From: Planctomycetota bacterium
GTDB taxonomy: Bacteria; Planctomycetota; UBA1135; JALUZX01
Length of the DNA stretch: 21,222 nt
NCBI GenBank assembly: GCA_027011425.1
Contig: JALUZX010000628.1
Span: forward strand, 1-21,222
Reading direction: 5' to 3'
Shown here piece by piece: positions 8,572 through 15,943 of this stretch. The notes beneath the pieces are model-generated. The model had not been told where the DNA came from and did no database searches. It was given only the letters and a program-made list of their open reading frames with translations. Position numbers and translations under genes: made by a program. Every line of letters starts with the position of its first letter. The stretch's first letter is position 1.

Positions 8572-9193
8572 GGTCGAATTCGGATCCTTTCTGGTCTATT
8601 CGCCGCGGGGCGTCTCACCTACATCGAAAAAGTCCAGTCGTTTGGTGCGTGCTGTCAAATGCGACCATCCTGGTATTGTGAGAAAAGCGGCGATTGCCTT
8701 AAAAAAGAGCAAGGAGGCTGAGAAGCTGGGCCTCTTCGATTTCTTTCGTGACGCAATCCTCGTTCCCGTTCCCGGTTGTGCGCCGATCAAGAAAGGGTAT
8801 CATTGGCCTGCGTTGCGGATTTGCCAAGAGTTGCAAAATGCAGGCTTGGCAAGGGTCGTTTATCAGGGTTTGGTAAGGGAGCATTCTGTTCCAAAATCCG
8901 CTTACGCCGCCCCTGGGGAAAGGCCCGGGCCAGAGGTGCACGTCCGATCTTTTACTTTCCATGGGATACCCGGGCTCTTTGAAAGAAAAATACTCCTGGT
9001 GGACGATGTCATTACCAAGGGCGCCACATTGCTTGCCGCCGCGACTGTGGTTTTGGAAAGTCCTGTTCCCTTGGATGTTCGTTGTTTCGCCCTGGTGAGG
9101 ACGATGGGACTTGTGCCGGACGTGGAAAAGATCGTCGACCCTTGTGTGGGAACCATCACCTGGGATGGATCGGATGTCCATCGATGGCCTTGA
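8537..9193 (+). CDS. ComF/GntX-type phosphoribosyltransferase (PRTase) domain protein without N-terminal zinc finger. There is no in-frame ATG; start is TTG/GTG (8537, 8561, 8642 or 8645) and uncertain. Overlaps the preceding gene
   Basis: PRPP-binding loop ILLVDDVITKGATLLAAA. The upstream block ILVPVPG...KKGYHWPALRICQELQNAGLARV...VREHSVPKSA and the distal CFALVRT follow the ComF-family layout (VPVP..RGfNqa..LA..l; VLLVDDV.TTGAT; vLaRt). Codon usage is A/T-richer than the flanking genes. Confidence 0.7.
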   Translation: MGGTRSPILISKVEFGSFLVYSPRGVSPTSKKSSRLVRAVKCDHPGIVRKAAIALKKSKEAEKLGLFDFFRDAILVPVPGCAPIKKGYHWPALRICQELQNAGLARVVYQGLVREHSVPKSAYAAPGERPGPEVHVRSFTFHGIPGLFERKILLVDDVITKGATLLAAATVVLESPVPLDVRCFALVRTMGLVPDVEKIVDPCVGTITWDGSDVHRWP

Positions 9194-9236
9194 TCCTCCT
9201 TGGAACTACTTCGGATGGTTGCGGAAGGCCAAAGAA

Positions 9237-9268
9237 AAAGGGGCGGAACGAAGGCGTTCCGCCCCTTT
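9237..9268. terminator. Bidirectional intrinsic-terminator-like hairpin between the convergent genes ending at 9193 (+) and 9303 (-)
   Basis: Perfect inverted repeat aaaGGGGCGGAACG-aagg-CGTTCCGCCCCttt (11-bp GC stem extended by A/T pairs). It is flanked by an A-run on the left (a U-run for the minus-strand transcript) and TTTCC on the right. Confidence 0.5.
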
Positions 9269-9302
9269 CCTCATCCGGAGAGATCCGGCGAGGGCCCGGG
9301 TC

Positions 9303-10394
9303 TCAGTTGTGCCAGAACATCAGGGTGTCGCCCCGCTTTTTCCAGGGACCACTGTTGAAGAGGGGATCGGTGTCGGGGTTCACGCCGCCCGTGTAGTAGC
9401 TGTAGGCCATGGGGACCGGAATGCCGCCCGCGGCAGGGCCGATGATCCCGGTGAAGCAGTTGGAGAGGCCCAGGTTGACGGTGGTCCCTTTGACGTTGAT
9501 CAGGGCGAACTGGGCGTAGACGGGGGTGCCCGCGAAGAAGGCCTGGTTGGGGATGGGCCAGTTGGCCTTGACGGAGGACCCGGTAATCGGAAGGACCTGG
9601 GTCAGGTCGATGCTGCAGTAGATTTTGCATCCCTTGAAGCCCAGGGGGGTGAGGTCGAAGGGAAGGGGAATTCCCGAAAAGTTCTTCAGGCTGGTCCCGA
9701 TCCAGGCGAGGGCCGTTCCGGTCGTGGGGCTGAGGGAGGAAACCCTGGTGTAGAAGGCGCCTCCGACTTTCAACTGGCTGGAAATTCCGTAGATATAGTT
9801 CTTCTTGGCCGGGCAGCCCGCTCCCACGTACCCGGAGAGCCCGCCCGAGGTGGTTCCGTAGAAACGATCACAGTTGTAGGTGGCTATTTTGTTGCCCGTC
9901 TTGTCGTAGTTGCTGACTTCCACCAGGAAGTTTCCACCTTTGTAGGGGAAGGGCCTGTCGAGTTTGTGAATGAGGATGGGCTTCCAGGGATATTGGGGCA
10001 CCGTGACGGCGGGGAGGGAGATGATCCTCTTCCTGAAGACGATCGCGTGGTCTGCTCCCCGGTTGAGCTTGGGGTTCTTGCTCATCGTGGCGGAAGCGGC
10101 CTTGGTGTTGCTCATCTCGATCTGGGTGACGAGTTTCTTTGCGGCATAAGTGGCCGAGTAGCGCCCCTCGTGGCGGAAGGCCACGGCAAAGATGACCTTG
10201 CCGGCGGGAACGCCCATTGCCTTCTTGTCGATCACCTCCTGGTAGAGCATGTTGGTGTCGCGGTAGGGCTTGAAGTGCCAGGAGGAGCCCTCGATGTACT
10301 TGGCCTGCTTGGGCGCCGTGTCCAGAATGCCTTGAGAGAAGGCAAAGCTGGAGAGCCCGGCGAGGGCTAGGGGAAGAAGAATGCGTGCTTTCAT
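9303..10394 (-). CDS. Hypothetical Sec-secreted protein (364 aa) of unrecognised family. Start is the ATG at 10394; the ORF track extends it spuriously to 10742
   Basis: N-terminus MKARILLPLALAGLSSFAFSQG is a classical signal peptide (basic n-region, hydrophobic core, small residues before the cut). AAGGAG lies 6 nt upstream of the ATG. Third-position G/C bias is strong throughout, consistent with genuine coding, and the mature part is Gly/Thr/Ser/Tyr-rich with several Cys. Confidence 0.65.
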   Translation of the reverse strand: MKARILLPLALAGLSSFAFSQGILDTAPKQAKYIEGSSWHFKPYRDTNMLYQEVIDKKAMGVPAGKVIFAVAFRHEGRYSATYAAKKLVTQIEMSNTKAASATMSKNPKLNRGADHAIVFRKRIISLPAVTVPQYPWKPILIHKLDRPFPYKGGNFLVEVSNYDKTGNKIATYNCDRFYGTTSGGLSGYVGAGCPAKKNYIYGISSQLKVGGAFYTRVSSLSPTTGTALAWIGTSLKNFSGIPLPFDLTPLGFKGCKIYCSIDLTQVLPITGSSVKANWPIPNQAFFAGTPVYAQFALINVKGTTVNLGLSNCFTGIIGPAAGGIPVPMAYSYYTGGVNPDTDPLFNSGPWKKRGDTLMFWHN

Positions 10395-10477
10395 AGAGTT
10401 ACTCCTTGCTCTGAATGGGTTGGGGAAGAGTTTAAAAGGAACAGACGCCCGGGCTGGCCCCGGGCTGAAAAGGGATA

Positions 10478-10504
10478 ATTGTAAGACTTTCAGAAGACAT
10501 GCAA
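10478..10504 (-). promoter_or_regulatory. Candidate sigma70-like promoter for the secreted-protein gene (minus strand: TTGCAT - 15 nt - TACAAT)
   Basis: The hexamers were read off the reverse complement of the AT-rich 10395-10560 interval. Spacer is a short 15 nt, and nothing confirms that this organism uses sigma70 consensus promoters. Confidence 0.2.
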
Positions 10505-10596
10505 AGTTCCTTGTTTTTAAAAAATAACTTCCAAGTTTGAGACACTTCAGGTCATGGGACCCCCTGTTCCCCCAGGCCTTGACTCCACCCATGAAT

Positions 10597-10623
10597 CCCC
10601 CTAACCCTGCAGGGGGGCTTTTT
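10597..10623 (+). terminator. Orphan terminator-like hairpin on the + strand (CCCCCT-aaccctgc-AGGGGG followed by CTTTTT)
   Basis: 6-bp GC stem, 8-nt loop and a T5 tail. No + strand gene is upstream, and the orientation is wrong to terminate the minus-strand MNT gene. Confidence 0.3.
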
Positions 10624-10720
10624 GTAAGAAACAAGCAATGGGGCCTGTTCGGTCCGGGATTCGGTGGGTGCTTCGGGACCGGCCCCCGACGTCCCGGGAC
10701 GGGATCAGCGATCCGGGCCT

Positions 10721-11017
10721 TCAGGGAAGCAGGACCTCCCACTTTCCTTCCAGGGCCGCCCGGAAGGAGGGGCTGGTCCGGTGCCAGTCCACCAGGTCCA
10801 CCCGGAAGGGGAGGTCCGATTTGGAAAAGGCGTCTTTCAGGCGCGATAGGACGGCCCGGGGGATCTTGTCTTCCCCCACCAGCAGAAGGTCCAGGTCCGA
10901 ATAGGGCTGGGCCTTCCCTGTCGCCCGTGACCCGAAGACCCGCACTTCCACGCCGTGGAGATGGGCTTTCAGGATCTTCTTTACCAGGTCCATCTCTTCC
11001 GGGGTCAGGTCAATCAT
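10721..11017 (-). CDS. Minimal nucleotidyltransferase (MNT, HI0073-like) domain protein, putative antitoxin. Start taken as the ATG at 11017 (MIDLTPEEM...); an alternative ATG at 11035 would overlap the HEPN gene by 26 nt
   Basis: VRVFGSRATGKAQPYSDLDLLLV is the canonical MNT GS-x9-13-DxD nucleotidyltransferase signature. Size is ~98 aa. Confidence 0.75.
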   Translation of the reverse strand: MIDLTPEEMDLVKKILKAHLHGVEVRVFGSRATGKAQPYSDLDLLLVGEDKIPRAVLSRLKDAFSKSDLPFRVDLVDWHRTSPSFRAALEGKWEVLLP

Positions 11018-11429
11018 TCCTCTCTTCCAGCGCATCCAGGAGAGCCCGGGCGTAATCTTTGAACCGGAGGGCGGCCTGGAAGACTTCTTCCGGCATTTCT
11101 TCGTCGTAGGTGTGGGAGGTGAGATTGCGGGCTTCGTGGAATGCCCACCAGGCTTTCACGTCGTCGACCAGGCGGTTCTCGGCGGCCACCCGGTAGAGAT
11201 CCTTCCGGGAGAGACCGTCCACGTTGGAACTGCCCAGGTTTTTCCGGAGCCATCGGCGGATGAACTTCCAGCAGAGTTCGTAGGTAAACTCGAAATGCTG
11301 GATCACTCCCGCCTGGATTCCTTTCCGGGGGACAGGGTCCAGGGAATCCATGAAGGCCTTGTTCGTTGCTACGGCAAGGAGGTCGTCGAAAGCTGTTATT
11401 GCCTTTTTCAAGCTCGTCAGGTCCAGCAT
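11010..11429 (-). CDS. HEPN-domain protein of the HI0074 / nucleotidyltransferase-substrate-binding family, putative toxin
   Basis: 139 aa carrying ARNLTSHTYDE, which matches the HEPN R-x4-6-H motif. GGAGG lies 6 nt before the ATG, and the gene is immediately adjacent to the MNT gene. Confidence 0.8.
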   Translation of the reverse strand: MLDLTSLKKAITAFDDLLAVATNKAFMDSLDPVPRKGIQAGVIQHFEFTYELCWKFIRRWLRKNLGSSNVDGLSRKDLYRVAAENRLVDDVKAWWAFHEARNLTSHTYDEEMPEEVFQAALRFKDYARALLDALEERND

Positions 11430-11460
11430 GATCGACCTCCGAGGACTGGCTGGATCCGGG

Positions 11461-13599
11461 TCAAATGTCTTCGCCCCTCGTTTCCTCCACGATGGGGTCC
11501 ACGTGGTTCTTCCGGCCCGTGCGGGCGTAGGTATAGAGGAAGAAGCAGAGCAGGATCATGGCGCCGATGGAGATCCATTCCCCCAGGGTCTCCAGGTTCT
11601 TGCCCCGAAGAAGGAAGAGTTGTTTTTTGATCGACTCGAAGACCGGGTAGCCCGTGCTCGAGACCGGGCAGATCCCCCTCTCCCAATCGACGACCAACAC
11701 CGAGCTGGGCCAGGATGCCAGAACGGCGTCCAGGATGCCCACGAGCCCGCCTCCGGCGATGAGGCCCGAGGCGATGAGGATGCCCTTGTCGTGGCCGGCC
11801 TTGGTGGCCTTGGGATCCTCTCCTTCCCGTTTCCGGCCCACGAGGTACGCCACGAAGCCCCCGATCATGACGGGCACGTTGAGCTGGATGGGGAGATACA
11901 TCCCCAGCGCGAAGGCCAGGGCCGGGATCCCCACCATGCGGAGGATCAGGGCGAAGATCACCCCGAGCCCGAAGAGGATCCACCGGATCCCCTGCTCCGG
12001 GTTCTTGCCCATGATCCCCTGGATGATCTCCTTCATGGCGCTGGCCTGGGGCGCGGGGAAATCGGCCGACCCGAAGTGGTTCTTGGAGAGGAGCCACATG
12101 GCCAGGGCGCAGGAAAGGGCGGCCGCCGCTGTTCCCACGAACTTCCAGAGGAGCTGGTTGCGCGGCGTTGCGCCGATCCAGTAGCCGATCTTCAGGTCCG
12201 AACTCAGGGCGCCCGAGGCGGCGAGGGCCGTGCAGACCACGCCTCCCACGATCAGGGCGACAGTCATTCCCTTGGGTCCCGTGAGGCCTATGGAGAGGAA
12301 GACGATGGCCGTGATGATCAGGGTCATCAAGGTCATGCCCGAGACCGGGTTGGTCCCGACCAGCGCGATGGCCCGGGCCGCCACGGGAGCGAAGAGGAAG
12401 GCGATGACCAGCACGATGGCGAGCCCCACCAGGGCCTGGGGAAGGCTGGTGCCCAGGACGAGCCAGAAGAAGCCCAGGGCCAGGGCGGAGAGAAGAACCA
12501 GGCCGATCCCCACTTCCTTCATGGTCAGGGAGCGCATGATCCTGGGAACCCCGCCTCCCTCCTCTCCGTGGTGGCCGAGACCTTTCATGCCGAAGGCGAT
12601 GGAGCGCATCATGGAGGGGAAGGCCGCGATGATCCCGATGATTCCCGCCCCGGCGATGCCACCGATGCCGATCATCCGCACGTAGGATGTGAAGACGTCG
12701 TCGATGGACATGGCCGAGAGAAGCCTGGTCCCAGGGGGCACGATCTGGGTGACGTAGGGGGCGAAGGCGTGCACGAGGGGAATCAGCACGAAGTAACTGA
12801 CGAAGCTCCCGGCGCAGATGATGGCGGCGTACTTGAGCCCGATGATGTAGCCCACGCCGGTGACGGCCGCCAGGTTGCTGATCCGGAGGGTCATGAACTG
12901 GGTCTCCAGGAACCCGCCGATGGTCATGAGCTTGCCCTGGGCGTCGTGGAGGAAGGGGATGGGCACGCTCTTGAAGTCGATCAGGTCCCGGAAGGCGTGG
13001 AGGGTCTGGCCGCAGAACTCGTAGAATCCGCCGAGAAGGGTGGAGATCACCAGCACCAGGGCCTGGCCGCTGGTCCCTTCGCTGGAGACCAGGATCTCCG
13101 TGGTGGCCGTGGCCTCGGGCCAGGGGAGCAGGCCGTGTTGTTCGGCCATGAAGTAGTGCCTGAGCGGCGTGAAGAAGAGAATGCCGTAGGAGCCGCCCAG
13201 GAATGCCGTGAGGGCCGTGACGTACCAGGATGGCGGAATCCCCAGCATGTAGAGGGCCGGGATGGTGAAGACCGCGCCCGCCACGACGTGGGAGGAGTTG
13301 GCCCCGATGGACTGGATGATCACGTTTTCCAGGATGGAACTCTTCCTGGAGTAGAATTTTCCCATCCCGATGGCCAGGATGGAGATGGGAATGGCCGCCT
13401 CGATGCCCTGGCCCACCTTGAGGGCCAGGTAGGCCGCCACCAGGGAGAAGAGCACCGTCATGGCGAGCCCGGTGACCACCGAGCGCAGGGTGATCTCGGG
13501 GAGGGTCGACTCCGTGGGGATCAAGGGCCGGTAGACTTCGCCGGGCTTCAGGGGGGTCTTCGCGTTGTCGGGAAGGCGGAATCCTTGGGTCTCCGTCAC
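11461..13599 (-). CDS. OPT-family oligopeptide transporter (bacterial OPT superfamily), GTG start preceded by AGGAGG
   Basis: 712-aa protein with many TM segments. The N-terminal block ITLRSVVTGLAMTVLFSLVAAYLALKVGQGIEAAIPISILAIGM resembles the conserved start of bacterial OPT transporters (TLRAvilG...LGLKVG.t..AsIPaAV). Confidence 0.65.
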   Translation of the reverse strand: MTETQGFRLPDNAKTPLKPGEVYRPLIPTESTLPEITLRSVVTGLAMTVLFSLVAAYLALKVGQGIEAAIPISILAIGMGKFYSRKSSILENVIIQSIGANSSHVVAGAVFTIPALYMLGIPPSWYVTALTAFLGGSYGILFFTPLRHYFMAEQHGLLPWPEATATTEILVSSEGTSGQALVLVISTLLGGFYEFCGQTLHAFRDLIDFKSVPIPFLHDAQGKLMTIGGFLETQFMTLRISNLAAVTGVGYIIGLKYAAIICAGSFVSYFVLIPLVHAFAPYVTQIVPPGTRLLSAMSIDDVFTSYVRMIGIGGIAGAGIIGIIAAFPSMMRSIAFGMKGLGHHGEEGGGVPRIMRSLTMKEVGIGLVLLSALALGFFWLVLGTSLPQALVGLAIVLVIAFLFAPVAARAIALVGTNPVSGMTLMTLIITAIVFLSIGLTGPKGMTVALIVGGVVCTALAASGALSSDLKIGYWIGATPRNQLLWKFVGTAAAALSCALAMWLLSKNHFGSADFPAPQASAMKEIIQGIMGKNPEQGIRWILFGLGVIFALILRMVGIPALAFALGMYLPIQLNVPVMIGGFVAYLVGRKREGEDPKATKAGHDKGILIASGLIAGGGLVGILDAVLASWPSSVLVVDWERGICPVSSTGYPVFESIKKQLFLLRGKNLETLGEWISIGAMILLCFFLYTYARTGRKNHVDPIVEETRGEDI

Positions 13600-13633
13600 C
13601 TGGTCCTCCTGTCTTTTCCGGTGCTCCCGGGGA

Positions 13634-14089
13634 TCAGCTCCCCGATCTCCAGACCTCCTCGGGGTCGATCTCGAAGAGGTCGGCCCCGCCGAAGAAGAAG
13701 TGGACTTCCGTGGAGGCGTTCTCCACGGAATCCGAGCCGTGAACGGCGTTTTTCTCGATGGACGTCCCCAGGTCGCCCCGGATGGTCCCCTTGGGGGCTT
13801 TCCTGGGATCGGTGGGTCCCATGAGTTGGCGCCACCGTGCCACGGCGTTCTCCCCGCGGAGGGCGAGGAGCACCACCGGGCCGGAGGTCATGAAATCCAC
13901 CAGCGATTCGAAGAAGGGCTTGCCCCGGTGGACGTAGTAGAAATTCCGCGCCCGGGCGTGGCTGAGCCTCTCCATGCGGAGAGCCGCGATCTCCAGGCCC
14001 GCCGCCTCGATCCGGGAGAGGATCTCTCCCACCAGTTTCGACGCCACGGCGTCGGGCTTCACGATGGCCAGGGTGGTCTCTTTCGCCAT
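13634..14089 (-). CDS. ndk: Nucleoside diphosphate kinase
   Basis: LAIVKPDAV, FMTSGPVV and NAVHGSDS (active-site His) match the NDK family. The ATG lies 3 nt after the stop of the upstream gene. Confidence 0.9.
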   Translation of the reverse strand: MAKETTLAIVKPDAVASKLVGEILSRIEAAGLEIAALRMERLSHARARNFYYVHRGKPFFESLVDFMTSGPVVLLALRGENAVARWRQLMGPTDPRKAPKGTIRGDLGTSIEKNAVHGSDSVENASTEVHFFFGGADLFEIDPEEVWRSGS

Positions 14090-14092
14090 GGG

Positions 14093-15931
14093 TTACAGGT
14101 ACCTCCAGCCGGGCCGCCGGGAGGGCCTCTTCAAAGGGTCGCGCGGAGGCTCGTCCCCGCCGGCGGATCCCCGGGACGGCGGGGGGGCGTAGCCCGTGAA
14201 GGATCGCTTGCCGGCGGCGATGGCGAAGGTCCGCTCCGCCGCCTCGACGATCTCGGGCTTCAAGCCTTCCCGTGCCACCTCCTCGGTGAACTTCCGCCGC
14301 CCTTCCACCAGGTCCTCGATGTAGGCCCGGATCTGCTCCTCGGAGTAGAAGTTCCTGGGATTCCAGTGGGAGAGATCCCCTCCTTCGCAGGAGACGATGC
14401 TCCTGGTGCCCAGGATGCCCGGGGCGTAGCGGTTGGTTCCCCGGAAATCCCCCCTCTGGATGGCGGCCATGAGTTCCAGGGGGACCCGCTCCACCTTCCG
14501 GACGACCCGCTTGACCGTCTTTCCGCCTTCCCGGGAGGTCTCGATGATCTCTCCCATTCCGCCCGTGTTGTATTGCATGAACTTGACCTTGCCCGGGTAG
14601 CGGGAGACCAGGCCCATGACGATGTCGTGGAACTGGTTCACCTTGGCCGCCCGGGAGCCCACGATGAAGGGGTCGGTTCCCACGATCCGGACGGACTCCC
14701 CGGCCTTGGCCGGGTTGGAGGCGTAGCTGTGGGTCGATTCCCCCCAGAGGTAGGCGAGCACCGCCTCCTCGGGGGTCAGCTCCTGGGCGAAGCTCATGAT
14801 GGTGTGCCTTCTCGTGATGAAGGCGAACATGAGACCGTCCAGTTCCTCCAGGGAGGGGAGGTTGATCGTCTTGGCGCTGATGCAGATTTTCCTGTGGCCC
14901 CGCTTGATCTTGAGCTGGTTCCTCTGGACGATGCCCCGCCCGTTCTTGCAGAGGCTCTCGTCCAGGAAGAGAAGCTCGCCCTTGTGGTTCACCATGACGT
15001 TTTCCAGGAGGGCCGACCGGTGGCTCAGGGCGTGGTACATGGCCTCCTGCTGCTCGGGGACCACGTCGGTCTTCACGTAGAAGCCCGCCTCGGAGCCCAG
15101 GGCGGAGCCGTCGGGGGAGAGGAAGACGATGTCGTCCTGGGCCACCTCGGTCCGCTCGCCGGCGGCGTAGTCCATGTGGAGCTGGTGGCAGGACCAGGTG
15201 GATTTTCCCGTGGCCGTAAGCCCGAAGATCAGGCAGCCCCAGCGCTTGAGCCGGCCCGTGGCGGCGTCCTTGGCGGTGACTACCTTGGAGCCTGCGTGGA
15301 GGCCGAGCATCCCCATGCCACTCGCCGTATACATGGCCTGGCGGAGGAAGCCTTTCTTGTCCTCACCCATGTAGTCGCTTCCGAGAACCACGGTGATCCC
15401 GTGTTCGGGGAGCATGAGGACCTTCTGGTCCATGTGGTGCTCCTCGGGGATATGGATCAGCGTGAATCCGGGCCCGGGGCGCTTCCGGGAGGGGGGCGCC
15501 ATGGTGTTCCCCCACATGAAGGCCAGCCTGGCGTTCTTGGGGTCGGCCGTGGACACGAAGAGGTTGCAGTCGGGGTTGAACCTCTCGTTGTCCCCCATCC
15601 GGCGCCGCAGGTGGATGAAGGGGAGGGTCTCCAGGAGGTGGAGGACCTTTTCGAAGGTCTTGGGCGCGTCCTGGATGATGGACTCCTGCAAGGGCGTCGG
15701 GTTGGGAAGGCGGACCTTCTCGGGTCCCAGGTAGACCGTCTTGGGCGCGATCCGGCTGGAGACGCAGGATCGCCAGACCAGGGAGCCGTTCTTGGTGTGG
15801 AAGGCCGTCTGTTCGGCCAGGGGCTCGATCTCCTCCAGGGTCAAGGTCTGGATGTTCCTGCGTCTTTCCAGGTCCCGCAGGGCCCCGGCGAAGCGGTCGT
15901 AAGCGGCCAGGTCGTAGATGTCGGTCCTCAT
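14093..15931 (-). CDS. Divergent ATP-dependent phosphoenolpyruvate carboxykinase-like protein (PckA family) with a Pro/Arg-rich C-terminal tail
   Basis: IFGLTATGKSTWS corresponds to the PckA kinase-1a motif GLSGTGKTTLS. GFYVKTD, ALLENV and YNTGGMGE align with PckA CYAKT, ALLENV and VNTGWTGG respectively. Residues beyond these blocks are divergent. Confidence 0.6.
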   Translation of the reverse strand: MRTDIYDLAAYDRFAGALRDLERRRNIQTLTLEEIEPLAEQTAFHTKNGSLVWRSCVSSRIAPKTVYLGPEKVRLPNPTPLQESIIQDAPKTFEKVLHLLETLPFIHLRRRMGDNERFNPDCNLFVSTADPKNARLAFMWGNTMAPPSRKRPGPGFTLIHIPEEHHMDQKVLMLPEHGITVVLGSDYMGEDKKGFLRQAMYTASGMGMLGLHAGSKVVTAKDAATGRLKRWGCLIFGLTATGKSTWSCHQLHMDYAAGERTEVAQDDIVFLSPDGSALGSEAGFYVKTDVVPEQQEAMYHALSHRSALLENVMVNHKGELLFLDESLCKNGRGIVQRNQLKIKRGHRKICISAKTINLPSLEELDGLMFAFITRRHTIMSFAQELTPEEAVLAYLWGESTHSYASNPAKAGESVRIVGTDPFIVGSRAAKVNQFHDIVMGLVSRYPGKVKFMQYNTGGMGEIIETSREGGKTVKRVVRKVERVPLELMAAIQRGDFRGTNRYAPGILGTRSIVSCEGGDLSHWNPRNFYSEEQIRAYIEDLVEGRRKFTEEVAREGLKPEIVEAAERTFAIAAGKRSFTGYAPPPSRGSAGGDEPPRDPLKRPSRRPGWRYL

Positions 15932-15943
15932 CGGGCAAGCACC

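Noticed and set aside
8711-8728. AAGGAGG followed 8 nt later by an in-frame CTG inside the PRTase ORF, as a possible internal start
   Set aside because: CTG starts are rare and the AAGGAGG encodes Lys-Glu-Ala within a region that continues the ComF-like alignment upstream. It is more likely coincidental, so the start is left as uncertain TTG/GTG.
7828-10560. Calling the A/T-richer segment a genomic island or mobile element
   Set aside because: No integrase, transposase, tRNA/tmRNA target or flanking direct repeats are visible in the window. It is reported only as a compositional observation, not as a mobile_element feature.
9303-10742. Upstream extension of the secreted-protein ORF (479 aa per ORF track)
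   Set aside because: The extra 115 N-terminal residues run through the AT-rich promoter-like region and precede a textbook signal peptide plus AAGGAG Shine-Dalgarno at the internal ATG (10394). The extension is an open-frame artefact.
11350-13824. 824-aa + strand ORF opposite the OPT transporter gene
   Set aside because: Low-complexity G/D/E/R/H-rich translation with no membrane or enzymatic motifs. The minus-strand OPT protein has coherent TM architecture and family motifs, so this is an antisense artefact.
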